A stretch of DNA of 64,000 nt from assembly GCA_008632985.1 (NCBI GenBank), contig QPGO01000145.1, positions 124,001-188,000 on the forward strand. Direction: 5' to 3'. This stretch comes from Psammoneis japonica (taxonomy: Eukaryota). The position numbers were made by a program, and so were the translations under genes. The first letter of the stretch is position 1. The number at the start of each line of letters is the position of its first letter. This document shows, piece after piece, positions 13,105 to 22,330 of the stretch. Under the pieces are notes generated by a model, which was not told the DNA's origin, did not search any database, and saw nothing but the letters and a program-made list of their open reading frames with translations.

Positions 13105-13500
13105 GTGGGACCATCAATAACTGGCATTACCCACGAGATTGTAATGCAGAGTGGCGATCTTTTGCATTACGAAAGCAGCAAAATCTATCACGGCAGACCA
13201 AAACCGTTCAACGGAAGCTACTATTGCTCGATTCTTGCTCACTATTATCCTCATGATTGGCCCAAAAACATGGATCTAGAAGCGCACTATGCCGTACCGC
13301 CCATTTGGTTTGAAGATCCCCCGGAAATGGAACCGGGTTTAGAACGATTACAAGTCGTTGGGACTGCCTTGTGGGAACCGGATTGTGAATTTGGATGGTC
13401 TGGTCTACAAAACTCAATCAAGCATGGATACGACGGAAAGCAGGACGAGATCAGCCGTGATGAGAATCTAAAAGCCGAGGCTGTGTTTGAGAGTGGTTAA
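13105..13500 (+). CDS. C-terminal exon/fragment of a 2OG-Fe(II) oxygenase-like protein (5' part not identified)
   Basis: HEIVMQSGDLLHYESSKIYHGRPKPFNGSYYCSILAHYYP resembles the distal-His strand region of 2OG-Fe(II) dioxygenases. A paralogous 3' end lies at 1-70. Confidence 0.55.
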   Translation: MGPSITGITHEIVMQSGDLLHYESSKIYHGRPKPFNGSYYCSILAHYYPHDWPKNMDLEAHYAVPPIWFEDPPEMEPGLERLQVVGTALWEPDCEFGWSGLQNSIKHGYDGKQDEISRDENLKAEAVFESG

Positions 13501-13588
13501 GTACATTAATTACCAGCGCAATCCTTATGGATTAAAGATGCAAAGTGTCTCTTACAACTTATCAAAATTCTAACTATTAGGCATTATC

Positions 13589-14788
13589 CTACTCCCACTC
13601 AATCACCACCTTTTCGCCCGAGACGCCGTCCTTGTTGAATTTAAATGCCCTATGAACAGTTTCAGGAGTAAAGGCGCCCTTTACCGATTTGACGTTTTGC
13701 GGCTTGAACGAAACAATCTCTGGCATTGCCTTGGTGACTACAGCTCGAACAGGTTCGATATCCAGAGCAGTACCAAGATCCACGGGCTTCATGGTGGTAC
13801 CCTCGAGAGCTTCTGGCATGCCCCATCCACTGACCGTGCTGACAACCTTTTCCTTGTCTGCGTCACCGTTGGCCACCAAGAGTCTACAGCAGGACAAAAA
13901 AGTTTCACCCGTTCCAATGCAATCGACAGCACCATTCAAGCTTCTTTCATCACGAAGCTTGTCTACCGGACTCTTCATGGGTGGCGGTACGATAGCCTTG
14001 GCGGTTTCGAGAACGATTCGTGCTCCTCGGCGTGGATCACAAAGCTTTTCAATGGCTTCTTGAATGTCATCTTGGCTGTTGGTATAGTCGACAAATCCAT
14101 AGGCACCCAGCTCCATGAGCGCTTCTTTATGACGCCCCGAAGCCACCGCAATGGGCTTGAATCCACGCTTGATTGCGACTTGCACCGCATAATGACCGAC
14201 ACTGGAAGACGCTCCCCAAATGAGAATTGGATCTCCCTCGTTTAGATTATCTCCTTGTTGATTTAACAAGAACTCTGCCGTCAAGGCACCCACGGGAAGA
14301 GTCGCGGCAGACGCAAAGCTCATTTCATCTGGAATTTCCGCCACGATATCCGCATCCGCTGCAACATATTGCACATAGGCACCTCGATCCGTTGCGTGCT
14401 TTGTCTTGTCGGCACCCAAATACGCCACGACACGCTTTCCAATCATGTGTTTGGCATCATCCGACGCTGCTGCCACAACGACACCCGACACATCGCAACC
14501 CAATGCTGCCGGAAGAGGATCGGGAAGAAAAATTCCCAATTCCGCCATTTTCCAATCCACAGGATTGACGGCACTGGCCTTGACTTGAATCACAACTTCG
14601 TTACTTTGCTTGTTGGGAACGGGAATGTCGGCAAAGGCAACCTGCAAATGTTCGCCCGGAGTAAAGCCACCCTTTTTCACGAGATCGATGCGCTTGTTCT
14701 TCATGGGAGACATTGTTGTTCTTGATGATAGTGCTGAAGAAACTCCACTTAAAATGAGGAGAAGGATACAGATGAGACTCTTTATCAT
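13589..14788 (-). CDS. MDR-family (enoyl-reductase/quinone-oxidoreductase-like) NAD(P)H oxidoreductase with N-terminal signal peptide
   Basis: EVVIQVKASAVNPVDWK, LGCDVSGVV, ILIWGASSSVG, GEKVVI. Hydrophobic leader MIKSLICILLLILSGVSSA from ATG 14788. Confidence 0.9.
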   Translation of the reverse strand: MIKSLICILLLILSGVSSALSSRTTMSPMKNKRIDLVKKGGFTPGEHLQVAFADIPVPNKQSNEVVIQVKASAVNPVDWKMAELGIFLPDPLPAALGCDVSGVVVAAASDDAKHMIGKRVVAYLGADKTKHATDRGAYVQYVAADADIVAEIPDEMSFASAATLPVGALTAEFLLNQQGDNLNEGDPILIWGASSSVGHYAVQVAIKRGFKPIAVASGRHKEALMELGAYGFVDYTNSQDDIQEAIEKLCDPRRGARIVLETAKAIVPPPMKSPVDKLRDERSLNGAVDCIGTGETFLSCCRLLVANGDADKEKVVSTVSGWGMPEALEGTTMKPVDLGTALDIEPVRAVVTKAMPEIVSFKPQNVKSVKGAFTPETVHRAFKFNKDGVSGEKVVIEWE

Positions 14789-15371
14789 CAACTCTTCTTG
14801 GTTGTTCGTCGTTGCTCCAAGACGAAGAAAGAAGAAGTGATGACAGTGCGTGTGGTGGTGCGGTATCTTTTTTTTTTCGATTTTCGATTTTGCAAAAACT
14901 CCCTCCAACGCTACGCAGGACTTAGTATGTATGTTACATACGTCCATACCCCGTAGAAAAGATACTATCACGGGAAGATCTTTTTGAAGATTTGGAGATT
15001 TTTCGCATGTCACTGAATTCCAAACAAGCCGCCAATTAAAATGATAATGGCAGGAGTGAAATCGCAGAGGCCGTAACTGTGAAGTCTACATACCAGGTGT
15101 ACTCTAGCGGTAGCCCTGCCTAGTATCATCTTTTCAAGCCTCGTTGTGGTGACCTTCTGAGGATACTCTCCGGATCGAACTTTTTCAAAGAAGCAAAAAA
15201 CTGCACATTGTCGTGTGGCTTATGCTAAAAAGTACAAGAGAAAGACATTGATGATTTGATTGGTGATACTGCTTCAGTTCCGTTGAAAGATGAAAACAGA
15301 CCCAGGCGACGACAAGAGAAGTAGAAGCTGCCAAAATCCCAAAAACAAAAGCGGATCAGTCGACTAGTAGA

Positions 15372-15997
15372 ATGAGCGAGGAAAAAAGGAAAATGCTTGC
15401 CGGTGAAATGTACCGTTCCAGCGATGACCTCTTGACGGAAGAACGCAAGCAGTGCCAATTCTTCTGCATGAATTAAATTCACTCCATCCATCTGCCGACC
15501 CATCTATAAGACACAAACTTCAAAACAAGCTCTTTGGAAAATTGCCACGAGACGCATCACCTCCTCCCCACGTGGAACCAACCTTTCGATGCGATTATGG
15601 GTATAATATTTCGTTGGGACGAAACTTTTATTGCAATATTATGATTGTTGTATTCTCGATTGTTGCTCTGTGGATATTGGCGACAATGTGTTTTTTGCAC
15701 CACGCGTGCAATTGTACACGGCAACCCATCCGGTAGAACCTTGTGTGAGAGGAAATGCTCACGACGGACTCGAATACGCCAAACTCCATTCGAATTGGCA
15801 ATCGCTGTTGGTTGGGTGGAGGTGTCATTGTACTTCCGGGTGTTGTCATTGGAGATGATACAATGATTGGAGCTGGAAGTGTTGTTACTCGGGACGTTCC
15901 TTCTGGCGTGATTGCTGCAGGCAATCCGGCGAGAGTTATTCGCAAGCTCACTGAACAAGAACTGACCAAAGGACTCGATGACAGGAATGGTACTTGA
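15372..15997 (+). pseudogene. Maltose/galactoside O-acetyltransferase (hexapeptide repeat) with three frameshifts
   Basis: Successive frames give EKRKMLAGEMY / VEPTFRCDYGYNISLGRNFYCN / YDCCILDCCSVDIGDNVFFAPRVQLYTATHP / IRIGNRCWLGGGVIVLPGVVIGDDTMIGAGSVVTRDVP..AAGNPARVIR. Confidence 0.85.
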
Positions 15998-16163
15998 TAT
16001 GAAAATTGGAGTGGAGAGTCAACGATTCTATTGCTGAGAAAACTTGAATTGTTTCTGTTCTGAATCAAGAAGCTCTGCAAACTGCAAGCCGTCGCACACA
16101 ACACAATTTTGACTTTTTTTCTTCTCTACTAAATTTATCTATTATTCTCTTTCTGTTCTCGTG

Positions 16164-16955
16164 TCATGACATTTTGGAAAAGGACAACATCCACACAAAA
16201 GAAATCGAGGCAACAAAAAAGGTTCTCAAGTGCTCGGGAACCAAGGTAAATGTGAGACACTGCACAGGTGCCCAGAGCATCCATAATTTGACCAGCAGTC
16301 CCTTGTGACGAATATCCGACACGTAACCGTGTAGACTGCCAAAGAGTGATTGACGAAATACCGCAGCCTTGATTACATACGCCATGGGTAGGCTAACAAA
16401 CGGTTCCACAATGCTAAGGCTAAAGAGCACCTTTTTCATCGCGGTATAGACATCAGAGCCGTGTCCGAACCACATGGGAAAGAGTGTGTTGTAGATATGT
16501 TCCTGTGCCATGCCTTGATAGAAACCTCCATACAACAAAAAGGCAAAGTTTTGCGACATGTCAATCGAAGATGCAACGGCTACAGCTCCGCCACGGGCCA
16601 TACCACCGAAACGACGAGAAGGAGGCTTGTTATTATTGGCGACTGCCAGAGCCGACTTTTGAGCAAAGTAATCAGCGGCGGATCCCTTGATTGCGCAAGT
16701 GACAAAGGCGGTAAGGTAGGGTGTGGTTGTTTCCAAAAAGGATCCAACAGAAGCCGTCTCAATAAAGGCACCCATGCTTGTGAATCTCGTTCTTGACGTC
16801 GGTCTGATTCTTGGTGGACGGGAATGGCTGATCTTTCTCACAGAAACAGCCGAGTGCTTTGGAATCATGATTGAGCCTACCACCATATTAGCATACAGCA
16901 CAAGGGCCAATGCAAATACCCTGAAAACGGTCTTATTGAGTGCTTCTGACGGCAT
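16164..16955 (-). CDS. Mpv17/PMP22-family membrane protein (paralog 1)
   Basis: AFVTCAIKGSAADYFAQ, FLLYGGFYQG, WMLWAPVQCLTFTLVPEHLRTFFVASISFVW. Hydrophobic N-terminal leader. Confidence 0.85.
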   Translation of the reverse strand: MPSEALNKTVFRVFALALVLYANMVVGSIMIPKHSAVSVRKISHSRPPRIRPTSRTRFTSMGAFIETASVGSFLETTTPYLTAFVTCAIKGSAADYFAQKSALAVANNNKPPSRRFGGMARGGAVAVASSIDMSQNFAFLLYGGFYQGMAQEHIYNTLFPMWFGHGSDVYTAMKKVLFSLSIVEPFVSLPMAYVIKAAVFRQSLFGSLHGYVSDIRHKGLLVKLWMLWAPVQCLTFTLVPEHLRTFFVASISFVWMLSFSKMS

Positions 16956-17877
16956 CGTTGATTGTTTTTTCTTCTGTGAGACTGACCGTTTGCAGCAATG
17001 AACAACCCGTGCCAGATTGCACTCAAGTTCGTTCGTGAAGGAGCAGAAGGAAAAATCGACATCACCGTTTTCTCGTTGCCTCGTACTTGGAATCCGTTGA
17101 AATCTACGGGGAAATTTGAATGAAAAGATGCATGACATCAACATGACATCACGAAGGGGGCAATAGATAAATGTCTCTTAGTCTCTGAAAAACGCATGAC
17201 AGACGGCGGCGAAACACTGACCCGCCCCGCCCACCCACCAGCCAAAGTAAGGCACAAGGGATGAACGCCGTTGTGCCTTCTTTCAAGAACTGCCAGCATG
17301 GCTGGCCTGTTCCAGCCCCGGGTGATGGGCAATCCATCGCACAAGAGGGCCAGATTTTTTGCGCAGCAGGAGCTTCTTGGCGCACATCAAACTCCTTCAA
17401 ATTTGGTCGTTTCAAAAATCGAAAGGTGAGCGTGCACAACAAACAAAAGTTTTGTGTGCATTCTTTCAAGAACTGCTGGCATGGCTGGCCTGTTCCAGCC
17501 CCAGGTGATGGGGGCAATCCATCGCACAAGAGGGCCAGATTTTTTGTGCAGCAGGAGCTTCTTGGCACACATCAAACTCCTTCAAATTTGATCGTTTCGA
17601 AAATCAAAAGGTGAGTGTGCACAAAAAACAAAAGTTTTGTGTGCATTCACCCTTCAATTTGAGAGAAAAAACTGACTTTGAAAGAGTTCTTTGTTGTGCC
17701 AAATGCAAAAATGGGCCAGCAATGGGAGCCAAGTCTGCGCGAGTCACCTGGAGCTGGAGCAGGTGGCCAGCTGTCGCTTCTCTCGGCGGCGAGCGTCTCT
17801 TCCTGAAAAAGACAGAGGTCTGTCAATGGCAGGGCCACCAGAAAAACTGGCGAGCACATCAGAAGAGTGCTCGGGCC

Positions 17878-18238
17878 GATGCGCTCCAGCTCTGGGTGGG
17901 ACCTCGCACTGCTGAGCTGTGACACAATTGTTTTTTGTCATCCGTCGCATGTTTCGCTCGCGCATTTCTGTGTGCTCTGTTGTAAAAAATTGTTCCACAC
18001 TGCCTGTTTTGCAAAGCCAAAGGCTTTCTGTCACCTGCGCTTGTGACGACAAAAATGCGCTGTGCTGCAAAGAATGTGCTTCAAGTGTGGAGGAGGAGAT
18101 GGGTCCCACAAAATTGCCCCTTTTTCTGTTGGCGATCATTGACACATTCATTGCTCAACAATTTTGCTTTGGAGATCGCACACAGAATTTTGCGGGCCCA
18201 ATGTCACAAAAAGTCCCACCCAGGACTGGAACCCGTCG
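17878..18238 (-). mobile_element. Degenerate relative of the 44834-45222 MITE
   Basis: GTGGGACCTCGCACTGCTGAGCTGTGAC matches the reverse complement of the MITE right end. The other end is GGGCCCAATGTCACA...GTCCCACCCAGGACTGGAAC. Confidence 0.7.
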
Positions 18239-18575
18239 GCCAGCAATGCAGGTGCTGGCACATCTGAGGAAGGCTGACAAAAGCTGAAGGAGCCGGTGTG
18301 TCGTCAACTGGGTGTGACCACACCAGACACCAGAGAAGGGCAGAGCAGTCTGGGAGAAGAGTGCAGGGGGCAGAGCACGGCACCTTGAAGGAGCAACAGA
18401 GTTCACCAGAGTCGCGAAGGAGGGAGAGCTGTCATGCACTGCAACCACTCTCACTCTTGGCGTTGTTTTCCAGCAGCTCTTTTGCTGCAGAGCTTGTGCA
18501 CAGGAAAATCTGGGGCTTTGGAGAAAACCAGGCAACAAAAGACTTTTGTCACCGACAACATTGCACAACACCCAG

Positions 18576-18975
18576 GATGGGTTCCAGTCCCAGGCGGGAC
18601 TCTGTGTGACATTTGGCCCGAAGAATTCTGCGTGCGAGCTCCACAGCAAATTTGTCAAGCAATGAAAATGTGAATGATCGCCAGCAGAAAAAGAGGCAAT
18701 TTTGCAAATGCATCCTCTCCTCTTTCACAGTTGAAGCACATCATTGATGGTTTGTCCAGGTGCATTCTGCAGACATTGAAGAATGTGCCCAGCACAGCTT
18801 CTTTCTCGCAAACATTGAAAACAGAAAGCCTTTGGCCTCACAAAACAGGGAGCATGAAGCAATTTCGCAGAACATCGTGCATGGCCATCTGCACGCGCAA
18901 CATGTGGCATGATCCAAAAAACCATTGATGTCACACTTCAGTGGCACGAGGTCCCACCCAGAGCTGGAATGCGCC
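18576..18975 (+). mobile_element. Degenerate relative of the 44834-45222 MITE
   Basis: GTTCCAGTCCCAGGCGGGACTCTGTGTGACATTTGGCCCGAAGAATTCTGCGTGCGAGCTCC ... GATGTCACA..CAGTGGCACGAGGTCCCACCCAGAGCTGGAA. Confidence 0.75.
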
Positions 18976-19596
18976 CCAGTTGCAGCAAGTGTCAAAAACT
19001 GATTTTTGCTGCCCATGCCGTGGCAGGAGGCTCTCTCCCAAAACAAGGGCAAAAAAAGTCTTTTTTTTGCAGCACAAAAATCTGGCTGAGTGTCAAAGCT
19101 CTTTGGCTGCCTGAGCAGCCTCAAAATGTTTTTTTTCAGCTTTTGAGCAAAAAATCTGGGGGAGAGCTGAGACACTGCCTGAAATGGCAGCTTTTGCCAT
19201 CTGGTGACAAAGAAACAGTGTGTGCGCAGTTTTCAATGACAAACACACTTGCTCTCCACTCTCAGCATGTGTGTTTGACACAGAGCCTTGTGCTCAGCTC
19301 ATCAGGAGCTTTCCAAAGACTTGGACGTGGGTTCTTTCGAGCTGTGTGCTGGGGCATTGCCCAAACAAAGCTGTGGCTGCCGGCGCTCTCTCTCGTCTCT
19401 CGGAAAGCCTGTGATGTCAACACCTCTCACTTTTGGGTGGGAAGTTCATGCCTCCATCATCATCTTCAGAGGTTGACAGGTGTGAGGTGGTGCGGTGGCG
19501 CAGTTCACGGTTCAATCATCATCGCTTCTTTTGCCACCTGCAAGATTCTTCCATGCTTCCGACGTTTAGTCAGTCGGTGACGAGATGAAAGAAAGA

Positions 19597-19620
19597 TGAC
19601 GTGTCCACCGCGTTACGTCA
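19597..19620. promoter_or_regulatory. Inverted pair of TGACGT (bZIP/aureochrome-type) motifs upstream of LHCX
   Basis: TGACGT at 19597-19602 and ACGTCA at 19615-19620, ~260 bp before the LHCX ATG. Confidence 0.45.
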
Positions 19621-19873
19621 TCTCTCCTCAGCGATTATGTTTTTGCCTTATTGAGCCGTGACACAGAGTCAGAACGACAGAACGCGCATTATTCAGCAAA
19701 GAGATCGCGTAACTTCCCAGCGTTTTTCTTAGCTGTTTTCGAACTTGCGAAAGCTTCCGTCTGACGGCATCGGGGTGACTCACAAAATCGGACGACCCTT
19801 GTTCAGTTTTTCGGCCTACTATTGCTCACAATTTCGATTTGACTCCATTGCAACACTCACAACAATCACAACC

Positions 19874-20509
19874 ATGAAGTTCGCCGCCTCTGTCCTCGCC
19901 CTTGCTGGTTCTGCTGCCGCCTTTGCCCCTGCTTCGGTGTCCAAGTCCTCCACTTCTCTCAACGCGTTTACCGTTGACTCGATCCCCGGTGCGATCGCTC
20001 CTACCGGTATTTTCGATCCTCTTGGATTCGCCGAGAAGGCCGACGAGAACACCCTCAAGCGTTACCGTGAAGCTGAGGTCACCCATGGACGTGTCGCAAT
20101 GCTTGCTGTTCTTGGGTTTCTCGTCGGAGAGAAGGTTGAGGGTTCTTCCTTCCTTTTCGATGCACAGATCACCGGACCTGCTGTTACCCACCTCTCTCAA
20201 GTCCCTCCTCTCTTCTGGGCTCTTCTTATTACCGGAATTGGTGCTGCTGAACAGAAGCGCGCTGAGATTGGCTGGGTCGATCCTGCTGATGTTCCTGTCG
20301 ACCAGCCCGGTCTCTTGAAGGCCGAGTACTACCCGGGCGACATTGGATTCGATCCTTTGAACCTCAAGCCCACCGACCCCGAAGAGTTCAACACCATGGC
20401 CACCAAGGAGCTCCAGAACGGACGCCTTGCTATGCTTGCTGCTGCCGGTTTCATGGCCCAGGAGCTTGTCAACGGACAGGGAATCCTTGAGAACCTCCAC
20501 CTCAACTAA
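19874..20509 (+). CDS. LHCX: LHCX (LI818/LHCSR-type) fucoxanthin-chlorophyll protein, photoprotection
   Basis: Bipartite leader MKFAASVLALAGSAAA|FAP; FDPLGF, YREAEVTHGRVAMLA, VEGSSFLF, YYPGDIGFDPL, KELQNGRLAMLA. Confidence 0.93.
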   Translation: MKFAASVLALAGSAAAFAPASVSKSSTSLNAFTVDSIPGAIAPTGIFDPLGFAEKADENTLKRYREAEVTHGRVAMLAVLGFLVGEKVEGSSFLFDAQITGPAVTHLSQVPPLFWALLITGIGAAEQKRAEIGWVDPADVPVDQPGLLKAEYYPGDIGFDPLNLKPTDPEEFNTMATKELQNGRLAMLAAAGFMAQELVNGQGILENLHLN

Positions 20510-21072
20510 GTTGAATACAATTTCAATTTTTTTTGAGAGACAAATCTTTGGAAACATTCCACCTCTTATTGAAACAATAGAGCACCTGCATAGAATAAAC
20601 TAGCGCTATCATATATTGCATTGAAAAAGCAATGTAGATAATTCGTTTCTGTTAATCCTGTGCACAACATGTCTTTCGATGTCCGCAGTACTTACATGAT
20701 TGTGCCGAGATTATGAAACAAGCACAAACTACTCCAAATCCAACAAATCAGAATAATAAAACCTTTTAGAACGCTACGCGCAAGCTACAGCCTAATGCAT
20801 GATGGCTCACCCGCGACTTTCCAGAAAGCTGTAATCCCGCCTCTCGGGTCGTACCGGTAGAGGAGCAAAGATTCCCACAGATGTGAAGAAGCACGTTGAG
20901 GAATGTGTAGCCAATGACAATATTCAGGGTGAACAAAATACAGCAAGAATAAATCGTTTCTGGTTTTATGCTATGTTGAAACATTATATTGATCTGTGCG
21001 CATGCACTCGCATGACCAATGCTATTGTTTCCTGCGCTGCAAGCGTCTCTCTCTCGCTTTTCGCAACGGCCT

Positions 21073-21888
21073 TTATGACATTTTCGAAAGAAGAATAACC
21101 CAAAAGAAGGAAACCATGGCAATAAAATGAATCCTTACATGCTCAGGAATCACACTAAAGGCCACGGCCAGCACCGGCGTCCACAAGGACCAAAACTTGA
21201 TGAGCAACTGCTTCTCTCGAACATCTTGAACATAGATTTGTAAACCACGAACAAGTGACTGCCGAAAGACAACAGCCTTGGTCAAGTACGCAACGGGGAG
21301 CGTAAGAAACGGTGACATGATGAGCATGCTGGCCAGCACTTTTTTAGCAGTGGTACCAATGTCGGAATCGTGTCCAAACCAACGGGGAAAGAGTGTGTTG
21401 TAAATGTATTCTTGTGCCATACCCTGATAGAGACCTCCATATAGCAAAAAGGCAAGATTACGCTTTACATCAATCGTCTTGGTGACGGTGACTAGAGCTC
21501 CACCCCGTGAGAAACGGGGGTTATTTCTGCTTCTCAGAATGCGCCGTGATGGGGTTTCTTTTGCATGACTGCTTTTCTGAGCAACATAATCAGCAGCCGA
21601 GCCCTTGACGGCGCAAGTGAGAAAGGCTGAAAGATGTGGGAAATTTTCGAAAAAGGATCCAACTGCCGTTGTATCGATAAAGGCCGAGGGTATGTTGCTT
21701 CGAGTGCTAGTTCTGAAAGATGAACGCTGCAGAAAACGCTGTCGGCGATACGTTTCAACAGACCTTGTCGAAAAACTGCCCCATGCATTTGGAATCAGTA
21801 TAGAAGCTTCCGTTATAAGTTCATTGGTGGATAGCAAGAGGTGGACTAGGACGGCCTTTACGACCGTCCTTTTGGTGAAAAACCTCAT
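21073..21888 (-). CDS. Mpv17/PMP22-family membrane protein (paralog 2)
   Basis: AFLTCAVKGSAADYVAQ, RNLAFLLYGGLYQG, FWSLWTPV...IPEHVRIHFIAMVSFFW. Clearly paralogous to 16164-16955. Confidence 0.85.
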   Translation of the reverse strand: MRFFTKRTVVKAVLVHLLLSTNELITEASILIPNAWGSFSTRSVETYRRQRFLQRSSFRTSTRSNIPSAFIDTTAVGSFFENFPHLSAFLTCAVKGSAADYVAQKSSHAKETPSRRILRSRNNPRFSRGGALVTVTKTIDVKRNLAFLLYGGLYQGMAQEYIYNTLFPRWFGHDSDIGTTAKKVLASMLIMSPFLTLPVAYLTKAVVFRQSLVRGLQIYVQDVREKQLLIKFWSLWTPVLAVAFSVIPEHVRIHFIAMVSFFWVILLSKMS

Positions 21889-22086
21889 GGTCGGAAGGCA
21901 AATTCGGCTTTTTGATGGGTCGGAACGTCAGCGGAATTGTCTTTCTTGAAATTTCCTATAAACATTTTCGAATATAAAAATATATAGCAAACTTCATGGG
22001 GCAATTGTCAAACAGCTGATTTTGAATTACTTATGGAACGTCTGTCCCCCGTTCATATGATGGTCTGTCCTTCTTCATAATCAATA

Positions 22087-22129
22087 TGACGTATCATAAC
22101 CAATCAGATTGCATTCCGCATACACGTCA
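22087..22129. promoter_or_regulatory. TGACGT / CCAAT / ACGTCA motif cluster in the divergent Mpv17-TypA promoter
   Basis: TGACGT 22087-22092, CCAAT ~22100, ACGTCA 22124-22129. Confidence 0.35.
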
Positions 22130-22330
22130 TTTTAATATCCGGGTCTCTATGAATCTGCCTACGTGTTTTCGTACGTGTGCTCTCGTAGTGCGTCAGGCCA
22201 TGCAATGGCCACAGAAAAAAGATGCGACCCGTGTTTTTCGACACGGCTGATGTGTTTTAGAACAAACAGAGCACACGACGACAATTACAATTTTAAACTG
22301 GTCGCTGTTGGATTGGAATAGAAGGAAAAA

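Larger units (their letters stand above)
17220..19510. mobile_element. Composite TpA-depleted non-autonomous repeat block between the Mpv17 paralog and LHCX
   Basis: Abrupt loss of TA. Contains a ~183-bp tandem duplication (17278-17460 / 17461-17647) and two degenerate MITE relatives. Confidence 0.75.
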
